Below are positions 26,801 to 40,400 of a DNA stretch of 64,000 bases, in pieces (the first letter of the stretch is position 1; every line of letters starts with the position of its first letter). The DNA is taken from positions 744,001 through 808,000 of the forward strand of contig OZ237758.1 of NCBI GenBank assembly GCA_965178125.1, read 5' to 3'. The position numbers were made by a program, and so were the translations under genes. This DNA is from Bilabrum cf. latius (lineage: Eukaryota). Under the pieces are notes generated by a model. That model ran no database searches and was not told where the DNA came from. It was given only the letters and a program-made list of their open reading frames with translations.

Positions 26801-29800
26801 AAGGTAGCAGAGCGAGTCAAGGCAGGCTGCCTTGACCTGCCACGGGGTCTTGAGGCCCCAGGGCCCGACAGAACCAGGCGCTGCTGAGGTGCCCGACAGA
26901 CCCAGCAGCTGCAAGCCAAGCGTCGGCGCGTTGCCGTCTGCAGCCGGCACCGCGGCCGGCACGGACGCGGTGCCGTCGCCTTCCGCCCCCGCTGGCCGCA
27001 GCGCAGCTTGTGCGATCAGCAGGATGCGCTCAACGGACACTTCGTCCTGCGGCTGCTGCGGCATGCCGAGCTCAGCCTCGGACGACTCAAGGCATGACAG
27101 CTTGGTGGCTGCGTCGGCTATACGCATGGTAGGGCCGTGCAGACCATTATCGCCGGACATGAAGCCACCCCCCGATCCAATAGGCACGGCCAGGCCGAGC
27201 GTTGCCCCGACTCCGTCTTCTGCAGCTCTGGACGGCTTCGGCTCATCACCGAGGACACGAGCCACCGGGTGCACAATCTGCGGTGCAAATCGTTCCAGCC
27301 TGCACGTCGAAGCAAAGGTGCAGAGGCACAGCGCGGCGTATGACCTAGCAAGGGCACCGGCATCTCTCCTCTCAATCACCCCAGCAATGGCGGGGATCAG
27401 CTGGGGAGCGAAGTCTCGCAGCATGGGAGCAAGCGCGTGCACGATCAGCAGCACGTGCCTGGCGCCTTGCGATCGTCTCTCGGCCCGAGAGGCGGCAAGC
27501 GCCGCGGCAGCTGCGGGATTTCGGGCCTGGCCAGCTCCGCCGGAGGCTGTGCGCGCCGTTGCCGCCCCGCCGCGCGAGCCAGCGGCACCGCCAGTGCCTG
27601 CACCGGCGCCGCGCGCGGTTCCGTCGGACGACCCCATCCCGACGGCTGCACCGGCGGGGGGCAAGGAGCCGCAGGGGTGCCTCAGGACGGCCAGGATGGG
27701 GGGAATCACCACGGGCAGGAATGGCCTGCACCCTTCCAGCAAGGCAGACGCGATCGCCTCCAGGAGCTGCAGCAGAGGACCGACCATGGGACTGGCAGCA
27801 GCGGCAGCGGCCGCGCCCGGCGAGTCCAAGCCGTGTGTCGCACCGGCTTGGTCCTCGCGACCAGCCGCACCCATGGCCGACCCGCCCACTGCGGCTGCGG
27901 CAGCTGCTGCCGCGGCCGCGGCCGCCGCACCCCGCGCCGCCCTCGGCATCGCATCACCGTCGAGCCCGCCTCGGCCAGACCCCGCCCCCGCGCGACCACC
28001 AGCCCGGCTCGAGCCCCGGAAGAAGGCCTGTTCCTCTGCGGACACAGAGCCGGTCCAGCCGCCCACCCCGCCGTTCGCGGGACCGCCCAATCCGGACGTT
28101 CGCGTCGCCTCCGACACGGCTTCGTCAAGCCCGAGCAGCTGCAGAGCGCTGACACCATCTGATGCCGCCTCACCGCCGCCTCGACCGCCTCCCGCAGACC
28201 CACCCACCGAGCTCTTGGCTAGCGCGGCGCGAATGGCGGCAGCTCCAGATGCCAGCCAGACGTGTCGGAGCAGTCCGATCATGCCAGGCACGAACGGCAG
28301 AATCATGCTGCCTACCAGCTGCACCAGTACCGCCAGCTGCTTCAGCAAAGCCTCCTGCAGCGATGGCGCCGTCTCTGGCCTCCGAAGGATTTCAAGCAGC
28401 GGGGGTATGACGAGAGGCAGGAACGGCTGGCAGCGGAGACCAAGCGAAGTGAAGATCCTGGTGAGGGCTTGGAGCACGTCGTCGTGGTGCGCCGACTGGC
28501 TCCGGTTCCTGAGCACCCTCATGAGCGCAGTGATGGTCAGCGTCGGGTAATAGTCTTCTTCTGCGCCCAGCATGGACGGAAGGATCACCACGTTGTCGGC
28601 AGGATCCATTGCCGCCACCGCGGCCGTCGCGCCCAGCCCGCCCCCACCTGGCCCCAGACCCCCGCCCCCGCCCGCGCCCGCCGCAGCCAGGTATCCGTTC
28701 TGAGGCAGCACGCCGCCCCACGCGCCGACGCCCACGCCGGCCGCCGCCAGGCCCCCGCGCCCGGCCGTGGCCTTCCTCATGCCAGCAGTTACGGCTCCGA
28801 GTCCCGCCAAAGGCCCCTGTCCGAAGGCGTTCATGCCGCCAGGGGCACCCACGGCCGAGGCGCCGAGCGGCCTTGCGATGCTGCCGCCGCCGGCCTGAAG
28901 ACCCACGTGCTGCAGGAGCTGCGCGTGGTGAGACGCCATGCCTGAGCCGCCGGAGAGGGCACCGGCGAGCTGTGGCAGGGCGTGGATGAGCGAACCGTGC
29001 CCGCCGCTGTTGGGGCCCGGGGAGGACCCCATCAGCGCGGCTGCCAGTGCCTGCGCCGGGGCCATCGGCATCCCGCTGGAGCTGCCAAGGCCAGCACCAG
29101 GGCCTATCCCGAATGGTGACCCCGCCGCGCCGAAAATGTGCTGGCTGTGCGCATCCGATCCCAGGCCCATCCTCCCAGCAGTGCCACCCCCGGACACGGC
29201 ACCAAACAGCAGCTGAGAGATCGCGCTCGCGGCTGCACCCGGCCCAGCACCACCCGCAGCGATGCTGAACGCATCCGTGCCCACGCCAGCAGACGCCTGG
29301 GAACCAAATCCAACAGAGGGACCACCGAAGCCCTTTAGCCACTCGTTCGCGGCTGCAGGCAGCTAAGCCAGCGCTCCCGCCCCGGCACCTCCCTACCCGC
29401 TCAGCGCCATCGCAGACGCAGCCGCTGCCGCAAGTGCCTCGTCATCATCAGCCGCATCCACACCTTCCCCTTCCACAAGGGCGACAGCATCCGCCCCGGC
29501 AGCGCCTGCGCCCAGCAGCTCACGCAGGCCTGCAAGCGACAGACCCCCACCGTCGTCCCCGCCACCAACGGCCCCACCAGCACCGCCGGCACCGAACCCC
29601 ATGAACCTTCGCCTTCCCCTAGTCCCCAGACCAGGACCCCTCGTGTACTCGGCGTCCGTCACCTGCACGCCAGAGGAGAGGAAAGCATCTGCGGGCGTGC
29701 CGCCGCCCGCCCCTTGCGCCAAGAGAACCAGGTACAGATAAAGGGGCAGCGCCTCCGGTGGAAGGCCGCTCCACTCAGACAAAATGCCCCACGGGCCACC

Positions 29801-32800
29801 CACCCAGGAGTTGCCACCACCAGCCGCGGACGCCGCCGCCACTGCTGCTGCCCTCCTGGCACCCGATTCCGCGCCACGTCTGGCAGCAGAATCGCCACCG
29901 GCTCCCGGGCCACCACCCACCGTGGTCCGCCTGCTGCCGCCCGCGGTCCCAGCACCACTTACATCGTCCTGCCCCATGCCCATCCCATCCAGGTCACCCC
30001 CAGCATCTGCCTCAGCAAGGAGCGTCTGCCCCGCCGCTTGCGTGCCGGCCACGGTGGCTGCTGCCGCCCTCGCGACAAGCGTGCTCGAGCCACCGCCTCG
30101 CGCCGCCGAAAACGCCGCGGCAAGTGCCGCGTGACTCGCAGCCGCCGCTTCCGCCTTTGCAGCCGCCATCGCCGCCCTGATCATCTCCAGCCGCTTGGGA
30201 TCAAGAGCGCCCACGATGCCGAGCGCCCTGAGTGCCTCTCGGCGCAGCCTCCAGGTGGCGTGCTGCAGGGTCTGCAGGTGACCGGAGAGCTGGCCGTCAG
30301 GCCCAGCGATCGCCTCTGCCGCAGCAATCGCAGTGGATCCAATGTCGCTGGCACCCATGGCCCCCGCCACAGCCGCAGCCCCAGGGGCAATGGCCAGAGT
30401 GGCGAGCAGGTCGGGCAGCAGCTGCGGATAATCCACGAATGGAGTCACCACGGTTCCCGTGTTCTCCACCACGCAGGCCAGCGCTCTGAGCGCCATCTCC
30501 TGCCTGGCTGGCACGGTGAAATCGCCGCAGGGACGCACCAGCGCGGGCATCAGGGACGCCAGCCTGGGACGAAGCACTGAGGGTGCTAGCACCGCCAGCT
30601 CCGAGAGAGCCGCCAGCGCAGCCGTCGCGACCCCAGGCTCCCTATCGCTCAGCTGCGGAGTGATGGTCTGCAGCACCAGAGGGGCGTAGGGCCGGATCAT
30701 GCTGCGAGCAGACCGCATGAGGACCGCGAGCAACCTGGCCGCGTACCGTCGCGCCCTGGGTCCCGCTGCGTAGTGCGTGTCGCCTATCACGTCGAGAAGA
30801 AGCGTTCGGAGGTCCGCGGCCACGCTCAGCGGGTTCCTCCGAGTTGCCCTGCCAAGGCACACGACGGCCTCCTCCCTGACCCTGTGGCTCTCGTCGCGGA
30901 GACACACCCGTATGCTGGGGATGGTCTCTGGGAGGGCGAGGAGGGGGGCGAACCTCGGGTCCTGGCCCATGACGCGGAGCACGCCCGCCCGGATGGCAGG
31001 GTCAGGGTCGGCAGTGGCCGCCATGAGCAGACGCTGGAAGACGTCCTGGGCCATCGCAGCTGCGGGGCCAGAGCCCACGAGCAGCATGGGCAGGACAGCC
31101 AGCGGAGGAGGGCCCGCGTGCCTGGCGAGGCCGGAAGCACTCGCCAAGGTGTCGCGCTGCGGGGAAACGAAGGATCCACGGGTGGATTGGCCGCCGGTCG
31201 CCCCGCCTGCGTGCCCGCCCCACTCTCCCTCCGTTGCACCGGGCATGGTCACCCCCCCGAACTCAGAGGTGGAGGCTGCGGCGTGCGCGGGCACGACGGG
31301 AGGTGCTGGCGGCATGTCAGTCCCACCGCCCTGCAACCACGCGCCAGGAGCAGACCCAGCCGACGGTGGTGCCAGGGCGGGCGCAATCGTCACACCCGCA
31401 GCGCCTAACCCACCGTCGTCTGATAGTTCCGCCGCGTTCCGCAGCGCCGCGATAGCCTGCCTGCCCTCCCTCTGCTGCACCTGCAGCCGCAGCAGCGTAG
31501 CCTGCACCTCCAACTTGCGGTCCTCCTCCTCCGCCCAGCGCCACCACAGCGACGTCCCGCCCAGCGCCGCGGCCATGGCGTCCTCGGGCGGAACGATCCC
31601 GCTGCCTCCAAACGCCGCGCCCTTCCGCGCTGCCTCCCTACGAATGGGCCCAAACACACCCTCCTCGTCATCGGCCGGCCGCACCAGCACGCGGTAGCAC
31701 GTCTCGAGCGCCTCTCGCCTCACGGACGGATCCTCGTCATCGAGGTAACCGAGCACACTATCCCGCGTGAAGGAAAGCAACGGCACGCCCCTGAAGTCAA
31801 AGGCCCACAGGGCACGCAGTGCCAGGCACGTCACGGCCACGTCGATCCGCCTAGCGCGCGTGCGCTGGGCCTCGATACCCGTTGACGGCACCTCAACGCC
31901 AGCCCCAGCCCCGGAACCCCCGGCACCAGCGCCAGATGCAGCCCCAGCCCCCGCCCCGGATGGGATGGCACCGGCTGCCCCGTCAAGACCCCTGACCGGC
32001 GTGCCAGCCAGCAGGCTAGCTTCCCAGGAGTTGTGCTCCGCACTAAAACCGAGGCCCTCACCGAGCGCCAGGCTGGATTCCCCCGCGAGGGCTCGGCCGG
32101 TTGTGCCCGAAGCAGGCAGCGCGCCGGTAGCGGCGGCGTCCTCCGCCAGCCCGGAAGTGAGCCTGAGGCCGCTCCCAGCGAGTGCGCGCGCCGCCCGGGC
32201 GCGCCGAGTCGAGATGACGTCGGTGCCGGAGGGCAGATGCACGTGCGATGGCGGGAGGGGGGCTCCATTGGAAGGGGCGGCTGGCATGGGCGGAGAGACC
32301 AGAGCCGGACCCAAAGGGCCGCTGAGAGCTGCGTGGGCAGCAGCCACCTGCGGCGAAATGAGGGCAAGGCTGCTCTCCGCGCCCGCAACTGAGCCGGCCT
32401 CGTTGATGGAGGAGGCGTTGGAAGAACGGCGGGAGCTCGCGCGCCGCCGCCCGGAGCCACCCGGTGACTGGGAGCTCACCGAGCCGCGACCGCTTCGGCT
32501 CTTCCTCGAGTCAGACGACGTCATGCGCCCGCGCTGCAGGGAAGGCGCGGCCCCGCCCGCCGACTGCGGCATCGCGGCTGCGTTCACGCCGTCTTGCACC
32601 GTTGCAGAGGCCCCACCGCTCGCACCGTCTCCTCCAGCGGCGCGCTTCTCGGCCTCTCCTACCAGGCTCCTGAGCTTTGCCGCGGCCTTGTTCAGCACCT
32701 CAATCCCCATGGGCCCCTGCTGTGCAGCTAGCCTGGCTTGCTTGACGTGCTCGTCTGCCTCGGCATCGCGAAGTGCCTTTTCCTCCACGTGCTGCTGCTG

Positions 32801-34443
32801 TAAAGCCCACGTGGACGGCACGGCCGACCCCGCAGCCTCGATGGGCCTGGTGAGCGGCACGGCAGTCGGCAAGACCACGGCTGGCTCCGCGGGCGGCTGC
32901 TTGAAAGGCTCGCCCGCCAGAACAAGGCTGATTTCGTGCAGCAATCGCTCCTGCAGCAGCGGCAGCGCCGCAGGCACGCACACGGCAAGCTCTGCCAGCG
33001 CCGCCAGCAGCCTGTGGGTGAGACCGGCCCCGAACATAGCGTCTAGGAGGAGATGCACCCGCGGTGTGAGCGCGGGCCCGATGGCTCTCGCAAGCATCGC
33101 CACGGTTGTGAGGGCGGGAGGACAGAAGAAGAGCCCCTGCTGCGGGTTGTGGGTCAGCGCCTCCCGCAGCAGGAGCACCGCATCGGGCAGCCGAGCTCGT
33201 ACGAAGGCTACGGCTGACGTCTCGAACCGAGTGGCGAGCGCAAGCCGACCCAGAGCCAGGAATGCTGTGGCTCTGTCGTGCTAGGCCTCAATCGCAGCGG
33301 CAGATCCCTGAGTCAGCGACTCTGTCTTCATTTTCTGCAGCAGCAGCGTGATTGCCCGCTTGATGTGCCGTGCCGCGAACTGCCTCGGCGAGAACTCGGC
33401 CAGCTGCGGCACGAGCGCGACCACCGCGCTGCTGACCACGGGGTCTGTGCTCTCCCTGTACTTCAGGACCATCTCGCACGCCTCGTTGTACCTGGCTGCC
33501 ATGACGGTCCTACTGCCCGCGAGCAGTTCCCTGAGACAGAGCATCGCGCCGTGGAGCCGGGCCGTGCTCTGTGACCCCCCCTCGCCCCCTTTCAGCGCTT
33601 CTTCAAGGCTTCGGTAGGCGTCCCGGCTGTAGCTGCGGAGCTGGTCAGAGCGTCGCAGCTGGAGGACCCGCAACCCCTCCCGGAGGGCCTCCGCAGCGGC
33701 GATTCGAACCGATATGCTGTCGTCCGACTGCGAGGTCCAGTAGTTGGCGAAGAACTCGTCGATCTTCTGGTTGAAAAAGGTCGGCGCGTTGATGGCAGTT
33801 TCTCGGAGGACCAGCATGGCCGCCAATCTCCATGTGGTGTGCTTGGTCTCCGGCACCATCCTCTCCAGTGACCGCTGCAGCTCAAAGTTGACGATCTCGG
33901 CCTTGAGGCCGCTGCCAGCGCGGGCCAGCTTCCCGAAGGCGCTGCTCGCCTGCCGTATGGTGGCCTCGTCGCACGTCGGGGATGCAAACACCGCCTGCAG
34001 GGATCCAGCAAACCTGATGAATTTCGATTCGTCTTCCCGCAGGCGGACGTCGATGAGCTCGTGGATCGCGCACACGCCTGCGGCTCTATCGTCGTTCTGC
34101 CGGGAATTCACGAGGTCCGAGACGCCGCGCATCAGCTCATTGAAAAACCGTTTGAACGCGTCGGCGGGCAGGCTTTGTGCAACATTGCGAACCACGTCTC
34201 GAAGCCTTCGCGCAGCTTGCAGGCGGCCCTGCGCACAAATACGGTGGTGGCGGTACGGTAGTGTGAAGTGGTGACTGTAGACCTGAGGACATGTTCTGTA
34301 GCATCCTTTCGAGATCAAAGTCGCGCGGCAAAACCAAAAAGTAGGAGAGGTACAGCTATCAATGGAATGCAATCCAGCCTCACCTCAATCGACCCTGCCG
34401 CCCGGAGCTCCCCGAGGGCAGCTGCCCCCAAAGCCAGAGCCAT
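20810..34443 (-). CDS. TOR: Target of rapamycin kinase, ~4,490 aa (HEAT, FAT, FRB, PIKK kinase, FATC); exons 34443-34384 and 34228-20810; 11 in-frame TAG
   Basis: Seven ORFs share one frame and are separated only by TAG (33281, 29393, 29363, 26645, 26537, 26447, 26399, 24845, 24191, 23414, 20945). Motifs [84 protein letters not shown], and [25 protein letters not shown]. Confidence 0.97.
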
Positions 34444-34705
34444 TCGTCGGAAGTTTGTACTATATTGCTGAAAAGATTGGTTTCAATCGTATAGTTTTGC
34501 TTGGGGTACAGAGGTTATGCCTTCATTCGATCGCAAGGAAACTTAGCTGTCTGGTCCCAGAGAACCTTCATCAAATCGAGATTTAGGTTCGCTGATGCAT
34601 CCGGACCCCTTCCGGGCGAGAAAGATCGAAAACGCCACATAAATCAAGACTGATGTTCCGTATTTAGAATCAGCACTCAGTCAAAGGCGTCCCTCGGGAC
34701 GATTT

Positions 34706-35366
34706 TTAGGGGCTGCGAATGTGCGCTTCGGTGGACACGCCCGCATACCATGCCAGCGCCACAATCACCAACAACAGCACTGCAACGTGCTGCACAAGCT
34801 CCCGGTCAACCCCACTCGCCTCGCTCAGGGCCCCAATCCCACCCCTCACCACCATCCTGCCTGCGCCCAGCCGGAATACCAAAAGTCCCGCGGCGATCCG
34901 CCACCACAGGTCCCAGTCAGCGCTGCCGTCCTCTTGCCGCCCGTGCGGTAGCGCCTGCTCCTCCTCCTACTCCTTCTCCTCCTCGCCCTCGAATGCCACA
35001 GCCCCTGCACTCGCCTCCATCCCAGCCCTACCAATGGGGTCACCACTGATGCTTGAAGTGCTTGCTGCACTGCCCGCGTGCATCCCAGCGGCGGGGTTGA
35101 ACCGCATCGACACACGCCTCAATGCATCGTCAATGGCAAGACAGGCACCACCAGCCCCATCGCGAGCACCGCCACTCCCTGCACCCGCCGCATCCCCCAC
35201 TGCCTGCACCCTCTCCATCGTCGACAGCCTATGCGAGATGCAGCGACGGGGCCAGCAGTCTCCGCCGCCTCCTCCTCGCCCTCCCACCGCAGGGCCTCCC
35301 GCCGCGCTGCGAGGGCGGTGGCCGGGGCAAACCGCTCGATTGCCGATCGTAGGGCAGAGCTTCAAG
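34706..35366 (-). pseudogene. Internally deleted partial copy of the RING/LON-domain gene at 37465-41085
   Basis: Four collinear blocks: ~34735-34860 = 37467-37592, ~34866-35135 = 37830-38093, ~35145-35235 = 38415-38505, ~35250-35366 = 40465-40582. A 170-codon frame from ATG 35218 to TAA 34706 stays open if TAG is sense. Confidence 0.8.
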
Positions 35367-35373
35367 GGAAGGC

Positions 35374-36129
35374 TGCCGCAGGGCCCCGCCTGCCATCGGA
35401 CGACAAGGCCAGCACAGCAGCATCAGCAGCAGCAGCCACTGAAGCAGCTGCCTCGTCAAGCGCGCCCCACTCGTCACCCTTGCCAGCTACCGCAGCAGCA
35501 CCCGCCCCTCCAACAAGTGCAGCAAGCCCCACAAACAATCTGAAATCCGAATCGAGGCTCCCCTGCTGCTCGCCTGTGATCTCGCGGCGCCGGTTGCCTG
35601 CGTTGAGCCTCTGCTCGACACCATCGGACGCCTCCTGTCGCACTCATCACAGGGTCTCCCGGTCGGAGTAGACGTCGTCGCATCTGGAGCTTTGCCATCC
35701 AGCAAGCCGGCAAGTCTCGGAGCACCGGCTGCTTCCGAGGACGGCGCTGCCAGCGGTTCTGGCGCTGGCGGTGGCGCCGAGTCTGCTGGGGTGGGCGGGG
35801 CTGGGCCCAGGACAGGGTGCCAAGCCACAGCAGCGGAAGCAGAAGCAGAAAATCCAGTTGCTGGAGCCCTCTCTACAGAGAACGGGATGCCAGCCTTTGA
35901 CCACCTCCCTGTGGTCAAACCGACGGATCTTACGGGCGATCCCGACCCCTCTTGCAAGCTCCTGTACCTGCTGCAATCCAGGGAGCGCGAGTTCACTCCG
36001 CCGCTGCTCGCAGGTCTGGCCAGGAGGGGCTACCACATCGCCAGCATCTCGCAGGAGATGTGGCACCCTGAGTATCGCGCTGCCAGGTTTGTGTTCCTGC
36101 GGGTGACGGCGCCTGGTGAAAACGAATGA
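35374..36129 (+). pseudogene. 3' half of the METTL21-like methyltransferase gene, lacking the SAM-binding N-terminal half
   Basis: Encodes LLLACDLAAPVACVEPLLDTIGRLL ... YHIASISQEMWHPEYRAARFVFLRVT-TGA. The VIELGTGTG region is absent, and the fragment is fused to an opposite-orientation RING/LON fragment. Confidence 0.75.
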
Positions 36130-36252
36130 GATGCTTGCTGCATCAATCTAGGCACATCAATCGGACCTCAAGCGCGTGCATGACGCACGCCCTCAACGGG
36201 AGCCGGGAGTTTCGAATCAAGCAGCCCACACCATGCAGCTGACCCAACCGCT

Positions 36253-37173
36253 TCAATGCAATCGTGATATGTGCCTCTTGAGACTGACTGCCTGCCCGAA
36301 GCGCTTGCCGCACACGCTGCACTCGTGATTGCGCTCCCCCAGATGCACTGTTCTCATGTGCGTCTTGAGATGGCCTGCCACCCCGAAGCGCTTCCCGCAC
36401 ACCATGCACTCGTGCTTACGCTCCCCAAGATGCACTGTGCTCATGTGCGTCTTGAGACTGCCTGCCTGCCCGAAGCGCTTGCCGCATACCATGCACTCGT
36501 GATTGCGCTCACCATGATGCACCACAGTCATGTGCCTCTTGAGACTGCTTGCCATCCCGAAGCGCTTCCCGCACACAATGCACTCGTGCTTGCGCTCACC
36601 CAGATGCACCACTGACACGTGCCGCCTCAAGCTGTTCATGCTGCTCAGCACCTTCCCGCACACCTCGCAGCGATAGCCCTCCTTCTCCTCTCCCCCATCC
36701 CGACCGGCCTCCCCCCGCCGCCTCTTCAACGACCCTCCAGCGCTGCTCACTACTGAGCCATCGTCATCCTCATGCTTCCTGCTCCGCTTCTGGCCGATGG
36801 ACGCAGGTGCACATTCGGTAGAACCAGCGCCTGCAGAGCTTGGCATGCTGACCAAGCCCGCCGTACGTGATGATGATGATGACAATGACCTGCCACCCCA
36901 TGATGCGACGCCCACACCGCTGCTCCATGATAAAGCAGAGCCGGTGGGCTGCACCCCTGCTGCATTCGGCGCTACCCCCAGCTTCTTGCCGCCTTGCGGG
37001 ACGCCGCTGTGGTTGATGCTGGCAATGCCAATCGATGATGACCATACACTGCCAGAGGGTCTTTCCTCATCGCTGTCGCTGTCATCGTCGCTGCTGCTGG
37101 ACTCGCTCACAAGATCCACGTAGTCGGAATCGATGCTGCCAGGCTTCACAGCCATAGAGCCCGTCTGATCCAT
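36253..37173 (-). CDS. C2H2 zinc-finger protein, 5 tandem fingers
   Basis: Repeats of CxxCGKRFxxxxxLKxHMxxVHLGERxHE; Ser-rich N-terminus; KRRR NLS-like motif; ends TGA. Confidence 0.9.
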   Translation of the reverse strand: MDQTGSMAVKPGSIDSDYVDLVSESSSSDDDSDSDEERPSGSVWSSSIGIASINHSGVPQGGKKLGVAPNAAGVQPTGSALSWSSGVGVASWGGRSLSSSSSRTAGLVSMPSSAGAGSTECAPASIGQKRSRKHEDDDGSVVSSAGGSLKRRRGEAGRDGGEEKEGYRCEVCGKVLSSMNSLRRHVSVVHLGERKHECIVCGKRFGMASSLKRHMTVVHHGERNHECMVCGKRFGQAGSLKTHMSTVHLGERKHECMVCGKRFGVAGHLKTHMRTVHLGERNHECSVCGKRFGQAVSLKRHISRLH

Positions 37174-37464
37174 ATGCAGACACTTCGCAGTAGGAAGCTC
37201 GCCGGGGAAAGACGCGGGGACTGGGATGGCGTGCTATCACTAACAGATTGCAATCACGAGTTTGCACGCGGCTGAGAGAAGGTTACCAGCAGGTCACGAC
37301 CTCCAGGCTACGCACAACGCTTGGATAGCAAGGAAAAGCAGTGAATGCAAAACTCCAAATGCAAATCGGCAACACAAGAGCCAGAGTGTCAATCTGCGAG
37401 AAATCCGTTGAGATAGACTTGCTGTCTTCGTCTTCACAATTTGGAAACAAACGAGCGTCTCTCA

Positions 37465-40400
37465 TCACACGCGCGCGTACCATGCCAGCGCCACAATCAC
37501 CAACAACAGCACTGCAACGTGCTGCACAAGCTCCCGGTCAACCCCAGTCGCCTCGCACAGGGCCTCAATCCCACCCCTCACCACCATCCTGCCGCCCCGC
37601 ACCACCGCCCTCAAGGCCCCAAACAGCCCCGCGCCTGCCCCCCTCGCAGCACCCACCCCCACCAAGCCCTGCTGCCGCCCGAGCACCTGCTGCACAATAC
37701 CACCCAGCACTCCACCTGCCGCTCCGCTCGACTCGGCCCGTATCCCCGCCAGTCTCCTCTGCACCTGCAGTCGGGCCGATGTCCGCAGCAGGTTCGGCCG
37801 ACCCGCCAGCGCGAGCTCTGGGGATGCGTCCAGCCGAAATACCGGAAGCCCCGCGGCGATCCGCCACCACAGGTCCCAGTCAGCGCTGCCGTCCTCTTGC
37901 CGCCCCTGCGGTAGCGTCTGCTCCTCCTCCTCGCCCTCCTCGCCCTCGAATGCCACAGCCCCTGCACTCGCCTCCATCCCAGCCCTACCAATGGGGTCAC
38001 CACTGATACTTGAAGTGCTTGCTGCACTGCCCGCGTGCATCCCAGCGGCGGGGTTGAACCGCATCAACACACGCCTGAATGCATCATCAATGGCACGGCC
38101 CGCGTCAACCGCGTCCTGCTGAAGCTGCGCGGCCTCCTGCCTGAGGTGCGCACGATGCTGTGCAAGAGTTGGGGTCTGTGATGCATCTTCACCACCGTCC
38201 CCTGCACCCTCAGGAGGGGCACCTGCTGCCCCGCCCAGCGCCACGCCAGCCCCCGCAGCAGCAGCCCCGCCCAATCCGCCCCTGAGAGCCGCCAGGACCT
38301 GCCCCAGCTGCGCCGCTACACCCACGCCTCCGCCCACGTGCGGTCCATGCGCATCCCCATTCCCTGCACCCAAGCCTGCTGCAGCAGCCCCACCTGCCAC
38401 GGCTTCGGCAACACCGGCACCGCCAGCCCCATCGCGGGCACCACGATTCTCTGCACCCGCCGCATCCCCCACTGCCTGTAACCTCTCCATCATCGACAGA
38501 TTCTGCGGCGTTGGTAGCCGAAGCAAGTGGTTCCGCATGGCGCGCGCGGCTCTGGATGCAAACACATCATTCGCCAGTCCTCGTGCAGGCGCCTCCATGC
38601 CCAGCCAGTCGTGAGATCCTTCCATTGCGGTGGGTGACGACGACGACGACGATGATGACGACGCTGACGATGACGCTGACGATGCCACTTCCGGCCCGCA
38701 GGCCGACGGTGGTAATGATCCGGCAGATGCAGCATCGGCGGTAGGATCCGCAGGTCTAGCCAGATCAGCTGCTGCAGCAGCTCTATTCTGCGGCGCAGGC
38801 GGCAGTAGGGGTGGTGGGAGCCACAGCCTCTCCTGCAGCAATGGCTTGGGGGCGTGCCGCGCACGGCTAGCATAGCTTGGTGGGGCAGGCACCTGCGCCT
38901 GTGCCCGCCTGCCTGCCTCATCGCTGGCATCAGCTGCGGCGCTGGCTCGGATCATGGCCCGTTTTCTCCACAGAGCGTGCTTCCTCCATTCGATCTCAAA
39001 CACGGTGCGCTCCGCAAGCTCCCTCACCCCCGACGCCTCCAGCGCAATCTCCAGCTGGCACAGATACCGCGCAATGGCCCGCAGTCGCCCTAGCCTGCTT
39101 GGGCATCGCACGATCCTGGACCGCAGCTGCGGCGGCAGCAGCAGGGAATTCGCGAGATACCAGTCGATCCGCCTCGGGGACTGCGGCCTCTGTCCGGCCA
39201 ATGCCTCGTTCGCCTTGACCGCTTCCGTGGCCTTGCCTACCACACGCACAGCAAACCGATGCAGCTGCGTCGCAAGAGCCTCTTCTTCGTGCCTCAGCCG
39301 ACCGAGGACGTGCGCTGGCGGGGTGAACGCAGACGTACTCGCCAGCCTCCGGCTGTACCCCGCGAATCGCTCATGTGTCGCAGCCTAGCCGTGTCCAGCC
39401 GCTGCGGCAGCACCAGCGCGACTCGTACTTCCTCCTCTGCTGCCCGACGCCCCGCTGCGGTTGTCTCCAGCTGCAGCGGAAGAAGCAGTTGCGCTGCTTG
39501 CCTCTGCCCTCGCCAGCTCGATGCCCGATACCTTGCAGAAATGCAGCTCTCCCGTCCCCGGCTCGGTCCTCATGGACCCGGGCACGACCCGCAGCACCTC
39601 GGTCACCTGCCCCTGCACCATCCACCTCCCCAGAGGCACCCTCTGCGCCCTCTCAAACCGGAACAAGGAGGCCACGCCCGCGTCGGCAGAGGGCGCCAGC
39701 AGAAACCGCCGCGTCATGGCTGTGTCCAGGCTCTCTGCCATGTAGACGTACCTGGGCTCATGCATGACCAGCCGCAGCCTCGCACCGGGGAGAAAGAAGC
39801 CACGGCGGGCGGACCTTGCCGCGCCGCTTTCCCCGCAATCCCCGAACGGGTCCAGGTGCGACGGGTGCAGCCCCCAGGCCTGGCTGTGTGACGAGTGATC
39901 GCCCTTGTCGCCTGGTTGTGCGCCCGTCGTCGCTGTGCATGGCGCCATCGCTTCGCTTCCATCGGCCAGCGGCAGCACAATCTCCACGTCGCCACCATCC
40001 ATGCCAGCTGCCACCCGCTCTGGGTCGAAATCTCTGAGCCCAACGATCGGCAGGGGGTCCGGAAGCACACCGTCAGCATCGGCCCCTGGCTATGCCTCGT
40101 TGCTCCCACCGGACTTTGGACTCGCCTTCTCCGCCTCCTCCTCCTCCTCCTCCTTCTCCTCCTGCTATGCATCAGCACCTGTGCCCTCGAGGCGGATGCC
40201 CCGCTGCACATTCCCCGCCCTTTCGTCTTCCTCTAGTCCTAGACTCTGTTCTTGTTCCCCAGCATTCTGTTCTTGTTCCCCAGCACGGAGCCCCTGCAGC
40301 ACCTCGTCAGCAGCAAGTGCGGACTCCCTGGCAGCTGCTGTCTCCTCCCTTGCTTGCTCCACATATGCAGCCGCATCCAGCTGGCGAAGCACCGCCGCGA

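Larger units (their letters stand above)
35374..37612. repeat. Left arm of ~2.3-kb inverted duplication (methyltransferase 3' half, zinc-finger gene, RING/LON gene 3' tip)
   Basis: Reverse complement of ~42097-44428, with scattered substitutions and small in-frame indels. Confidence 0.9.

Noticed and set aside
26832-33284. Long plus-strand ORFs (572 aa, 505 aa and others) opposite TOR
   Set aside because: Antisense shadows of a GC-rich coding strand with no independent motifs.
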